Origin: a virus
Direction: 5' to 3' (one strand)
DNA length: 64,000 bases
Virus record (IMG/VR): IMGVR_UViG_3300042922_000725
Span: 28,584-92,583 of that record
Position numbers and translations under genes: made by a program. Numbering within the stretch: the stretch's first letter is position 1; each line of letters starts with the position of its first letter. Shown here piece by piece: positions 9,069-18,377 of the stretch. Under the pieces are notes generated by a model. It made no database searches and was not told where the DNA came from. It worked only from the letters and a program-made list of their open reading frames with translations.

Positions 9069-10574
9069 ATGGCAAAGCCTCAAAAACAAGTAGAAATTGA
9101 TAATTTAAGTTCGGAATTGGCGCACATCTCGTCACAGAAAGCATATGTTAATAAAGATATGACGACGGCAGAAATTCAAGCAAAAGCTGATAGCCTTATT
9201 AACGGTGGAATATTAGAATTTATATATTCAAACGAGTATATAATTACAGAGGCTATTTTACTAAAGCCTTACACGACTGTAGAAGGTAATAATAGTAAAA
9301 TAACGGTAAATAGTGATATAACTGTTTTTGCTACATTGGGGTTGACTGAAACATATAGTAATATAATTATTCAAAATTTAGAAATTTGGGATAATGGTGT
9401 TTTGGCACGTAGTAAATATCACATTGATTTAAAAAATGCAGTTGTCTCAAGTATATTTAATGTAAAAATTTATAGTGGAACAATGTCTCCTAGTGATGTC
9501 GCAGGAATTAAATTTTCGAGAAATGAAGCAATTTCCACTTTTGTAAATACTGTAGAAAAATGTGTTTTAAATCAAGCCAGTATAGTCATGGAATCAAGTG
9601 ATTCATGGATAAAACATAATACGATTTGGGCATATAGTAGGAGTTTCGGCATTCATGTAGTTAAAACAAGTCAATTTATATCGGAAAATCAGATTGTTGG
9701 AAGCCCTGTGCATGGTGGCATATATGTAAATGATATAATAGACAATTTCAACATTGAACTATTGAAAATAGTAGATAATTATTTTGACGGTTCTTATGAT
9801 TTAATAGATTCGGGTATAGGCATCAAAGGGAATAAACTTGTTGAATGTTTAATAACCAATAATGATTTTTGGAGACAAATGGATGAAGCAATTATATTAA
9901 CATCTTCAAGCGATAATAAAATTATTGGTAATACTTTTAAAAATTGTAATAGACGTGATAATTCGAAATCAGATATAGTGATAAATGGTGGCGGATATAA
10001 CATAATTGCCTCAAATGGATTTACACGACAAGTTGTGCATACAAATAAAGGCAAAGCTATTAGCGGGACATCAACCAATAATAGTATATATGGCAATATG
10101 ATATATTTCGATAGTTATTATTTGGCACCGATAATTGATGTTGATGCTACAAATAAATTGCTAAACAATCTAAATAGCAATGTAGTTGACACAAAAAGAT
10201 TACCATCTAAGTCAATCTTAACATTTTGGCAAGATGGCGTAGCAGCTAGTGTAGGGTTAACATCTGTAAATACAAATGGAAGTGCATTAAAATCTTATAT
10301 ACTAGGTTACAATGCAAAGATTCTCGCAATAAGTTTAGTTGTTAGTATTCCAAGGACGGCAGGAACACTAGTGCTTACAGTTTACAAAAATGGTGTTTCT
10401 ACAGGAGAGCTTCTTACCTATAATACTGGTGTCTATACAATGAATAAAACATTTACAACTCCTATAACAATTACAACATCAGATGCTATTTCTTTAAGAT
10501 ATAATACAGACTCAAGTTGGCTGCCAACAACATTAAATTTCTCGGCTTCTTTGTTAATAGAAATTAGCGAGTAA
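9069..10574 (+). CDS. Tail spike/depolymerase with right-handed beta-helix (pectin-lyase-like)
   Basis: AEIQAKAD...GG.L..Y.I...I.L N-terminus; repeated I..N.F/I.GN parallel beta-helix rungs. Confidence 0.75.
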   Translation: MAKPQKQVEIDNLSSELAHISSQKAYVNKDMTTAEIQAKADSLINGGILEFIYSNEYIITEAILLKPYTTVEGNNSKITVNSDITVFATLGLTETYSNIIIQNLEIWDNGVLARSKYHIDLKNAVVSSIFNVKIYSGTMSPSDVAGIKFSRNEAISTFVNTVEKCVLNQASIVMESSDSWIKHNTIWAYSRSFGIHVVKTSQFISENQIVGSPVHGGIYVNDIIDNFNIELLKIVDNYFDGSYDLIDSGIGIKGNKLVECLITNNDFWRQMDEAIILTSSSDNKIIGNTFKNCNRRDNSKSDIVINGGGYNIIASNGFTRQVVHTNKGKAISGTSTNNSIYGNMIYFDSYYLAPIIDVDATNKLLNNLNSNVVDTKRLPSKSILTFWQDGVAASVGLTSVNTNGSALKSYILGYNAKILAISLVVSIPRTAGTLVLTVYKNGVSTGELLTYNTGVYTMNKTFTTPITITTSDAISLRYNTDSSWLPTTLNFSASLLIEISE

Positions 10575-10585
10575 TTTAATTAAGA

Positions 10586-10636
10586 AATAAAAATAACTGA
10601 ATTGTATTGGTAGAATATAAATCAGTTATTTTTATT
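10586..10636. terminator. Bidirectional terminator between the convergent spike and acyltransferase genes
   Basis: Perfect 15-bp inverted repeat aataaaaataactga/tcagttatttttatt. Confidence 0.7.
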
Positions 10637-10654
10637 AAAAATCATCAGAATATT

Positions 10655-11770
10655 TTAATTTCTTATGGTTACGAGATTTATTTTCATCATAAATATATTG
10701 GTTTTATAATTAATATATTTATGAAATTTGTTTAACAAGACCGATATAAAGATAATCATTGCTAAATAAATAAAAAAAGATACAAACAAGGGGAGTCTAA
10801 ATAATATAAAATCATAGCTATACATGAAAGCTCCATGTAATAAATAAATCTCAAAAGAAATATTCCCTAAAAAATAATAAAATATAGAAAATTTATTGCA
10901 ATTTGTTAATTTAATAAAAATAATTATGGCTATAATAGCAAAAAACATATTTATTGAATTACTAAATATATAGTTTGTTTTAGCATTAAGTTTAATTAGA
11001 ATTATTAACAATATAAGAAAAGAAAACATTAAATTAATTGATTTTATTTTTATTTTTTTTCGTAAAGTAAATAGCTGATTGAAAATTTTATCTTTATAAA
11101 ATGATAAGAATACTCCTAAAGTAAAATTAAAAGAATTATCCCTGAATAATTGTTTGTTTTTCAATATGCAAAATAATATTGTAGAAATGATAAATAATAT
11201 CAAAATATTATAGCTCTTTTTTATTTTTAAATTTATTGTGAAATAGAATATTAGATACCAGAACAACAAATAGAGTATGTACCAGTAATTTCTGTCAACT
11301 AAGTTTAGTCCAATTATTGATAATAAAATTGATTTTATTGAGTACTTATAATTTAATAAAATAGAATTTAACAAAATCCATATTATATTTAAAAGTAAAA
11401 AGGGTATATATATTCTAACTATTTTTTTATAAAAAAAATTTTTAATGCCATTAAGTCTTGCTGATTCGGTTAATCCATAACCGGATAAAAACAGAAATAT
11501 TGGAACCATAAAGGAACCAACTGTAGGGAAAATATAAATGGATTTATTGGAGTGTAAAGCATGTACAGCTAAATGTCCTACTACAATATTAAAAATGCAA
11601 AACCCCCTCAAAACTGTTGTAAATTCAATATTCATAGGTTTGTTATCTTTATATTTTTTTCTTGGAATAAAAGCTATAATATAAAACACAGAAATCAAAA
11701 GAATACTTGTTATTAAAGGATATCGATCAATAAGACTTATCTTGTCGTAATTTTTAAAAAGAAAATTCAT
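10655..11770 (-). CDS. Membrane O-acyltransferase (Acyl_transf_3/OafA family)
   Basis: LRGFCIF.IV.GH, V.IFLFLSGYGL, WYI, LG.ISFEIYLLH motifs; multi-pass membrane protein. Confidence 0.9.
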   Translation of the reverse strand: MNFLFKNYDKISLIDRYPLITSILLISVFYIIAFIPRKKYKDNKPMNIEFTTVLRGFCIFNIVVGHLAVHALHSNKSIYIFPTVGSFMVPIFLFLSGYGLTESARLNGIKNFFYKKIVRIYIPFLLLNIIWILLNSILLNYKYSIKSILLSIIGLNLVDRNYWYILYLLFWYLIFYFTINLKIKKSYNILILFIISTILFCILKNKQLFRDNSFNFTLGVFLSFYKDKIFNQLFTLRKKIKIKSINLMFSFLILLIILIKLNAKTNYIFSNSINMFFAIIAIIIFIKLTNCNKFSIFYYFLGNISFEIYLLHGAFMYSYDFILFRLPLFVSFFIYLAMIIFISVLLNKFHKYINYKTNIFMMKINLVTIRN

Positions 11771-11884
11771 TAAATTACCTCCTTAAACTTATACAATTAT
11801 AATAACATATGATATAATAAAAGTTAAGATTTCATAAAAATTAAAATATATAAATGCAATTAAATAAATTAATGAGGTGATAAT

Positions 11885-13240
11885 TTGCAGTTAAAATTGA
11901 AATATTTTTTATTATATGTTATGTTTATTCCACTAATTTTTTTAATAGGAATAACTTCGGTTTTACCCATAAAATACATTTTGTACACCATAACTACATT
12001 ATCAATGCCATTTGTTATTATCTTATTGTGTAAAAAAAATAATATATTAATAGCGTTAATGATATATTCGTTCATTATTGATTGTAGTGGTATGCTTATT
12101 AGCACAATGATTAAGCCTGCTTTATTTCTATTATTAATTTTAATATCAATATTTAGTATAAAAGAAAGAGTTGATAAAAACACAAAATTAATATTTTTGA
12201 TATTATCAATTGTAATACCGATGTATGGTTTTATTGTATCTATTGTAAGAGGTAATATGTTAAGATATGCTTTAAGTGATGCAAATGGATATGTATTTTT
12301 AATTACAGGATATTTTTTTATTTTATTAATTAAAAAAAATAATAAACTTAAAGATACAATTAAACTACATTTATTAATAGCTACATTAATTGTATCTTTA
12401 TTAACAATACTTATGTTTTCATTAGTTTATATTGGCAAACTAAACATAATTGATGTTAATTCAATTTTAAAAAATGAAGGTATAGGATTAGCTTCAATAG
12501 AAAATGGTAATTATAGAATTTTTTTAGGTGGACAGATATATGTTTTATTAACTGCGTTATATGTATTTAATAAATTAATTGATAATAAAACTAAAATAAA
12601 TAAAGGGCATATCGGGTTATTTTTTATATATGTGATTGCATTAATTTTATCAAATACTAGATCGTATTGGATAGCAATGTTTATTGGAATAGGTCTATCA
12701 ATATTATTGCAAAAATTTTCTATTAAAAAAATAGTAACAATAATATTGATATTTTTAGTGACTTGGGGGACAATTTTACGTTTGCCGCAGGAATATGTGA
12801 GCAATTCATTAGATAGAATACAAAGCATTACAGATTTCAGTAGAAATAATATTTCTAATTATAATAGAATACTTCAAAGTTCAGAGTTATTATATGAATT
12901 TAAATTGTATCCAATATTAGGAAAAGGATTTGGGGCAACCTTAACAGATGGTTATACTAGAAATATTGAAGCGCCATATACATTTGAGCTAAGTTATTTG
13001 GAGTTATTATATAAATTAGGGATAGTAGGAATGACATTATTTGTTTTGGCTTTAATGTTAGGATTAATAAAGTTTTATAATGTTAAAGACAATTTTATGA
13101 TATCATTTTTGGTATCTACTTATCTTAGTTTTCTTTTTGTAAGTTCAACAAATCCATTTATAGTTTCAGGGATGGGTATATTTTTACTAGCACTTTTATT
13201 TGTGTTTTCTGAAACAGTAGATTCTGTCAAACAACAATAG
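11885..13240 (+). CDS. O-antigen ligase/Wzy polymerase-like membrane protein
   Basis: About 12 TM helices; LSNTRSYW, S...R, PILGKGFG and ELSYLELLYKLGIVG motifs; TTG start with gaggtg RBS. Confidence 0.85.
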   Translation: MQLKLKYFLLYVMFIPLIFLIGITSVLPIKYILYTITTLSMPFVIILLCKKNNILIALMIYSFIIDCSGMLISTMIKPALFLLLILISIFSIKERVDKNTKLIFLILSIVIPMYGFIVSIVRGNMLRYALSDANGYVFLITGYFFILLIKKNNKLKDTIKLHLLIATLIVSLLTILMFSLVYIGKLNIIDVNSILKNEGIGLASIENGNYRIFLGGQIYVLLTALYVFNKLIDNKTKINKGHIGLFFIYVIALILSNTRSYWIAMFIGIGLSILLQKFSIKKIVTIILIFLVTWGTILRLPQEYVSNSLDRIQSITDFSRNNISNYNRILQSSELLYEFKLYPILGKGFGATLTDGYTRNIEAPYTFELSYLELLYKLGIVGMTLFVLALMLGLIKFYNVKDNFMISFLVSTYLSFLFVSSTNPFIVSGMGIFLLALLFVFSETVDSVKQQ

Positions 13241-13370
13241 GAAAAAATTACGAACTTAAACAAGCATAATAAAATCACGATTTTATACGGATTTTTCTGT
13301 ATAAACATACAATAAATAATGTATAATATTGCATAAAATATGTATAAATGTATATAAAATAAAAATAATT

Positions 13371-13414
13371 ATAGGAAGACTTGACTAGCAAATAGTTAGT
13401 CTTCCTATTTTTTT
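13371..13414 (+). terminator. Intrinsic terminator
   Basis: ataggaagact...agtcttcctat followed by a T-run. Confidence 0.7.
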
Positions 13415-13475
13415 ACTAAATTTGAACATAATTAAAAATTAACATAAATGATAATTTAAAAGGAGATGTAAAAAT

Positions 13476-14969
13476 ATGCTACCAATTCAAAGGAAACCTA
13501 TATCTTTTAACTATACAAATTCAACCGATGAAAGATTATATATAGTAATTCATGATACTGGTAATAAAAATAGTGGCTCAAACGCACTAGCTCATTATGA
13601 ACTTTTCAATAGTGGAGACAAACAATCTAGTGCTAATTATTTTGTAGATGATTCAAATATTATTGAAACAGTTGACCCTAATAGTAGATATTCATGGCAT
13701 TGTGGAGACGGCAATGGGAAGTATGGTATTACAAATAGAAACTCTATAGGTATTGAAATATGTATTAATTCTGATGGAAATTATGATGTGGCTGTAAAAA
13801 ATGCGATAGAACTTACTCAGTATCTTATGCAAGCTTTCAATATTTCAATTGATAAAGTTGTTAGACATTATGATGCAAGTAGAAAGAATTGTCCGGGTAC
13901 TATGTCGGATAATAATTGGGAGAAATGGAGTTGGTTTAAATTGCAATTACAAAATAAATTACCAGAAGGATTTAACGAACAATTTTATTTATACGCCAAT
14001 TTAGATATTAAACAAGCTGTTGAGAGTAAAGTATTTTCAAATGGAGCATCTCACTATGTAGAATATGGATATAAAGATATTCCTACAAGAATATACAAAC
14101 CAACACTACCATTGGATTTTAAAGAGGAAGGTTATTTAGCTTTAAATGGAGATATAAAAAAAGCAGTAGAATTAAAACAAATTCCAAGTGGTTCATGGCA
14201 TTGGTTAATTCAAGGATGGACAGAAGGGAGACCTTACAAATATGACAATAATCCACCTAAATTTTATGAAACAGAACACGATGAGATAGAAGAACCTACA
14301 CCAATAGTAGAAGTTAAAACGCCTATTATGGGAAATGCTACAGCTATGGTTGAACAAGCTCAAGAATGGGCAAGGTCTAAGTCAGCTCCTCAAGAATTTA
14401 TTGATTTAGCGCCTTTATATTGGAAAATATGGACAGAAAGAGCGGGTTTAAATCCAGTTATAGGGTATGCACAATTTGCACATGAAACAGGATATTTATA
14501 TAAAGTACCTAGTGCAGCAGGTGTAGATGCAAGTTTCAAGAATCCTTGCGGTTTAAAAATAAGTCAAGGTGGGGGAGACTACGAAGCCAATGCACATAAA
14601 AGATTTGCAAGTTGGGAAGAAGGTATTACAGCTCATTGTGACCATATGGCTTTATATGTTGGAGTAAATGGATATCCAAAAATAGACACTCCTGACCCTA
14701 GACATTTTTCATTTATATTTGGTACAGCCAAATATGTTGAAGATTTATCTGCTAAATGGGCACCGTCTACAGAGTATGCAAGTAAATTATTAAAGTTTAA
14801 GAAAGAAATTGAAGAAACTATTGCTCCTATAGTACAAGAACCAGTTGTAGAAATTCCAACAGAAATACCTCAAGAACCACAAGAAGATTTTAAGGCTCAA
14901 ATCAAAACTAAGCTAGATATGATTAACATATTATCAAACCAAATAATATTATTATTAGAAAAACTATAA
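13476..14969 (+). CDS. Endolysin: N-acetylmuramoyl-L-alanine amidase (Amidase_2) + two repeats + glucosaminidase-like domain
   Basis: YIVIHDT, SWHCGD, NSIGIE, VVRHYDAS.KNCP; C-terminal AHETG/NPCGLK/WAPS..YA. Confidence 0.9.
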   Translation: MLPIQRKPISFNYTNSTDERLYIVIHDTGNKNSGSNALAHYELFNSGDKQSSANYFVDDSNIIETVDPNSRYSWHCGDGNGKYGITNRNSIGIEICINSDGNYDVAVKNAIELTQYLMQAFNISIDKVVRHYDASRKNCPGTMSDNNWEKWSWFKLQLQNKLPEGFNEQFYLYANLDIKQAVESKVFSNGASHYVEYGYKDIPTRIYKPTLPLDFKEEGYLALNGDIKKAVELKQIPSGSWHWLIQGWTEGRPYKYDNNPPKFYETEHDEIEEPTPIVEVKTPIMGNATAMVEQAQEWARSKSAPQEFIDLAPLYWKIWTERAGLNPVIGYAQFAHETGYLYKVPSAAGVDASFKNPCGLKISQGGGDYEANAHKRFASWEEGITAHCDHMALYVGVNGYPKIDTPDPRHFSFIFGTAKYVEDLSAKWAPSTEYASKLLKFKKEIEETIAPIVQEPVVEIPTEIPQEPQEDFKAQIKTKLDMINILSNQIILLLEKL

Positions 14970-15004
14970 TCAAATTAAAATAAATAAAAGGAAGTGTATT
15001 TATT

Positions 15005-15427
15005 ATGGAACAAATATTTAATGATGCTATAGTACAAATAGTGGGAGCATTACTGGGATTAGCTGTATCTTATGCTGTGTTTTTTATTACCAAGGCTCAA
15101 GTTAAAATTCATGAAGCTACTGCTCAAAAAATTGCAGATGATAGCAAAAAGAAATTAATTGATGATGCTGTTGATAGAGTTATTGGATTAACTCAAAATA
15201 CTGTTTTAAAGATTGAACAGGTTTCTGCAAGTGCATTAAGAGAAGCTGTAAAAGATGGAACTATAGAAAAATCAGAATTAGAATCTTTAGGAAAACAGGC
15301 TGTACAAGAAGTTTATTCACAATTAACTGAAGAATCTAAGGCTTTATTGCAAACTCAAGTTGTAGACATTCAGAAATATATTTTAGATTTAGTTGAAAAG
15401 ACAGTATTTGAAATTAAAAATAAATAA
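15005..15427 (+). CDS. Holin (LL-H-like)
   Basis: N-terminal TM helix; follows the endolysin; C-terminal I..LVE..V.E.K. Confidence 0.65.
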   Translation: MEQIFNDAIVQIVGALLGLAVSYAVFFITKAQVKIHEATAQKIADDSKKKLIDDAVDRVIGLTQNTVLKIEQVSASALREAVKDGTIEKSELESLGKQAVQEVYSQLTEESKALLQTQVVDIQKYILDLVEKTVFEIKNK

Positions 15428-15432
15428 CAATC

Positions 15433-15466
15433 AAAGAAGTGTTGATTTTTTAATTAGCACTTCTTT
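15433..15466 (+). terminator. Intrinsic terminator after the lysis genes
   Basis: aaagaagtgttga...ttagcacttcttt. Confidence 0.65.
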
Positions 15467-15761
15467 ATTCTTAGAATTATGAAATATTTAGTGCTAATTA
15501 ACTCTATAAACCATAACTATTAATCTAGTAAAATATGATAGTTTGACAATCAAATTAATTAATTAGTAATCAATATTTCATAAAAAATTAATTAAATTAA
15601 TAATTATGTTAAATTTTAATTACCCTATCGACATAACAATCTAGTTATGATAACATATATTTGACTTATAAATTGGCATATTTTATGTAAAATAAATGGT
15701 AATTGTTTACAATAAATTATCATAAACATAAAATAGGATATATTGTAATGAGGGAAAGTGA

Positions 15762-15983
15762 ATGAAAGTGATAATTATTAACAAGATTGATGACAGAATA
15801 AAAATATTTTGCGAAAATGAAAAATTAAAAAAGACAGATGTGGCTGCTATGCTAGGATTTAGTAAACAAAATTTAGAAAAGATTTGTAATAGTCCTAATC
15901 CAACATTAATGTCACTTATTAAAGTTTCTATTGCAATAGGGGTTCGACCTAGTGATTTATATGAATATAAAATAACAAAATGA
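15762..15983 (+). CDS. XRE/Cro-family HTH regulator (cassette A)
   Basis: KKTDVAAMLGFSKQNL..I...PNPTL.SL.KVSIAIGV. Confidence 0.85.
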   Translation: MKVIIINKIDDRIKIFCENEKLKKTDVAAMLGFSKQNLEKICNSPNPTLMSLIKVSIAIGVRPSDLYEYKITK

Positions 15984-16053
15984 AAATAATTCAAATTAAA
16001 TCAAAAACTTTAAAATTTTGACAAAATAAAGAAATAGACTGTAGAAACTTGAC

Positions 16054-16071
16054 GTAAACTTATAGGTTTAC
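16054..16071. promoter_or_regulatory. Palindromic operator candidate (cassette A)
   Basis: gtaaacttataggtttac, a near-perfect 18-bp palindrome. Confidence 0.5.
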
Positions 16072-16147
16072 TTTTTATCATTCTAGTAGTATTATAAAGA
16101 TAGTGAAGTAATTCACAAATAATAGAATACGAGAGGATGGATAGTTT

Positions 16148-16474
16148 ATGAAAGCAAATAAAAAGTTAGAAAGAGTACCAATGGAGATAATATTAGAAAC
16201 GTTAAGAAAATTTCTTGACAAACTAATAGGAAGAGCGGTTTCTATCTATCAATATGGGAATGTCTGTCTACCGTTTTATATAGAAAAGTTTGATTATGGA
16301 ATTGAAGAACAGAATGGTAAAATTATGTTACTATTAATAGATGATTTCCAAGATGAAACTGTTGACGTAGAAATTATAACTGTTGATGATATTGAGAATA
16401 GCAAAGGTATGAATGACTATGTGATAACTTTACATATGAATAATGGGATTAATTTACAATTATTTACTTACTAA
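16148..16474 (+). CDS. Small hypothetical effector (distant paralogue of 21119 and 35378)
   Basis: LDKLIGRAVSI...PFY matches L..M.G.LVSI...PFY. Confidence 0.6.
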   Translation: MKANKKLERVPMEIILETLRKFLDKLIGRAVSIYQYGNVCLPFYIEKFDYGIEEQNGKIMLLLIDDFQDETVDVEIITVDDIENSKGMNDYVITLHMNNGINLQLFTY

Positions 16475-16727
16475 AGATATTTTTGTCTATGCGAGAATAA
16501 ATATTGATAAAGAGTTTGCAGTAGTATAAAAGATATATGTTTAGTATGCATTAAAAAATGTATAATGTATAAATGGGTTGGGCGGAGCAATCTGCCCTTT
16601 TGGGAAATGGTTTATAATTAAATATTGATAAAGATAAATGCTTTAATAATGTCTATCTAAGTGGTAGGTAATATTAAGGCATTTTTGTTGTGCCTAAAAA
16701 TATATAAAATGAGGAGATGTTTTTATT

Positions 16728-17873
16728 ATGAGTAATGAGTTAACAAAGTTTGAACAAGAATTTGGATTGACAGTGAATGAAGAAGGTAAAATTACTACTA
16801 GTAGTTTAAAGGTCGCAGAGTATTATGGAAAAGAACATTCAGATGTTTTAAAGAAAATAAGAAAATTTATTGAATTAATACCAGAATTAGCCGAAGGGAA
16901 TTTTTCCTTGGGGTCTTATATTGACAATAATAATCAATCTAGACCTATATATAATATGGATAGACAAGGATTCGCCATGTTAGTCAATAAATTCACTGGC
17001 GATGAGGCTACGATTTTTACATATAAATATACAAAAGCGTTTGAAGAAATGGCAGAAGAATTAGATGCGAGAAGAAGACAGAGTTCTGAAACAATTAATG
17101 CATTAAATGAAAAAGATGAAAAACTTCAAAGAAAGAAAATGTTAGAATCTTATTTTGGCAAAAGAAAAACAGTATCAACATTTAAGTTTTGTACATATGA
17201 AGAATTTAATGGGTTGTTGCAACTATTTGAAGAACACCTTGATGGAATAAGAAATTCAGAAGTAAAAAGAATAGAATATGAAAGATTTGCAAACGGATTA
17301 ACTCAAAATAGAAATGCATTGAATCCTAATGATAAAATGTATATGCCAAAAACAACTACATATTCATATTATATACACGAATATGTTAAAAGAAAAGGTT
17401 CTTCAGAAAATAAAAGTTATGGTCAAAAAATTAGATATAAAGATGAAACGATAAAAGAACAACAAAGCAAAATAAATAATTTGAATCCACCATTAGAAGA
17501 ATATATGTCTCTAGACATTCATGGGCTTTCTAATAATTATTTATATGAAACAGTTAAAGACAAGTGGTCTGACAATAATATTACCAGAAAAACTAATATT
17601 TATTACAAGTGGATTGATAGTTTTCCAAAACATCAATTAAAATTAAAAGAAGAATTAGATATAGATTGGACAAAACCTATAATAGTGTTTTTAAAATTTG
17701 ATTGCTTAGAAAAATTTGATGTTCAAAATTTAGTAAAGTCTGCTATAGACCAAATTATAACCAGACATTATCAAGAAGACGACAATATTGTAGATAAGGC
17801 AATAACAGAAAGAAATAATACTGTGTGCAATTATACCGAAGGAAAAATATACATATGTATAAGAAATAAATAG
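16728..17873 (+). CDS. Rha-family antirepressor fused to a RusA-like C-terminal domain
   Basis: TTSSLKVAEYYGKEHSDVLKKIR (Rha); FDVQNLVKSAID...EDDNIV (RusA-like). Confidence 0.75.
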   Translation: MSNELTKFEQEFGLTVNEEGKITTSSLKVAEYYGKEHSDVLKKIRKFIELIPELAEGNFSLGSYIDNNNQSRPIYNMDRQGFAMLVNKFTGDEATIFTYKYTKAFEEMAEELDARRRQSSETINALNEKDEKLQRKKMLESYFGKRKTVSTFKFCTYEEFNGLLQLFEEHLDGIRNSEVKRIEYERFANGLTQNRNALNPNDKMYMPKTTTYSYYIHEYVKRKGSSENKSYGQKIRYKDETIKEQQSKINNLNPPLEEYMSLDIHGLSNNYLYETVKDKWSDNNITRKTNIYYKWIDSFPKHQLKLKEELDIDWTKPIIVFLKFDCLEKFDVQNLVKSAIDQIITRHYQEDDNIVDKAITERNNTVCNYTEGKIYICIRNK

Positions 17874-17883
17874 CAATTAAATA

Positions 17884-17949
17884 TTGACAAATATATAATA
17901 ATTTGATATATTGAATATAGAAAGTTTGTTATATCAAATTATTATATAT
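17884..17949 (+). promoter_or_regulatory. Sigma-A promoter overlapped by a perfect 20-bp inverted repeat
   Basis: TTGACA(17884)-17-TATATT; arms at 17891-17910 and 17930-17949. Confidence 0.75.
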
Positions 17950-17966
17950 AAAGGAGTAATGATAAT

Positions 17967-18161
17967 ATGTATAAAAAAGTGGACGAATACTATTGTTCAT
18001 ATGAAGCTGAAAAGGATTATTTAATTAGTAAAGGGTTTAAACAACAGTTTCAAAAGATTATTATGGACTCAAAACCTACAATGGTATGGAAATTTATAAA
18101 ATCAGAAGAATTGTATCTAGCAGTGGCGGAGTTTTACAAAGAATTATTACATAACAATTAA
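17967..18161 (+). CDS. Small hypothetical protein (DUF5659-like)
   Basis: YL.SKGF...W.F..SEEL..AV.E; resembles the next gene. Confidence 0.55.
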   Translation: MYKKVDEYYCSYEAEKDYLISKGFKQQFQKIIMDSKPTMVWKFIKSEELYLAVAEFYKELLHNN

Positions 18162-18170
18162 AAATAAATA

Positions 18171-18362
18171 ATGGAGGTAACAAATATGTATGTTATTAGA
18201 ACTCAAAAATTAGCAACCTATTTAATTGACAAAGGTTTTGAAATGAAAAAGAAAGATAAAAATAAAGAAGACCCCCGGTTTGATGTATTTTTGTTTGAGG
18301 ATAGCCCAGTATTAAGAGCTATAATTAAACAATATAGACTTCAAAATAATACAAGTAATTAG
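18171..18362 (+). CDS. DUF5659-like small protein (start possibly 18186)
   Basis: YVIRTQKLA.YL..KGF......N..DP...VFLFEDS..L. Confidence 0.6.
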   Translation: MEVTNMYVIRTQKLATYLIDKGFEMKKKDKNKEDPRFDVFLFEDSPVLRAIIKQYRLQNNTSN

Positions 18363-18377
18363 GGGGTTGTAACTAAG

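Larger units (their letters stand above)
9104..13260. mobile_element. Putative recombinase-exchanged cassette 1 (spike + acyltransferase + Wzy-like)
   Basis: Flanked by 15-bp inverted arms tttaagttcggaatt (9104-9118) and aattacgaacttaaa (13246-13260), 1 mismatch. Confidence 0.6.

Noticed and set aside
9104-13260. Invertible shufflon or IS/transposon reading of the inverted arms
   Set aside because: Inversion would fuse the leader to the antisense of the Wzy-like gene, which has no substantial ORF. No transposase or target-site duplication is evident. A split integration site fits better.
13295-13360. Clustered TGTATA/TGCATA motifs as sporulation sigma-G promoters
   Set aside because: No convincing -10 element at the correct spacing; the region is extremely AT-rich
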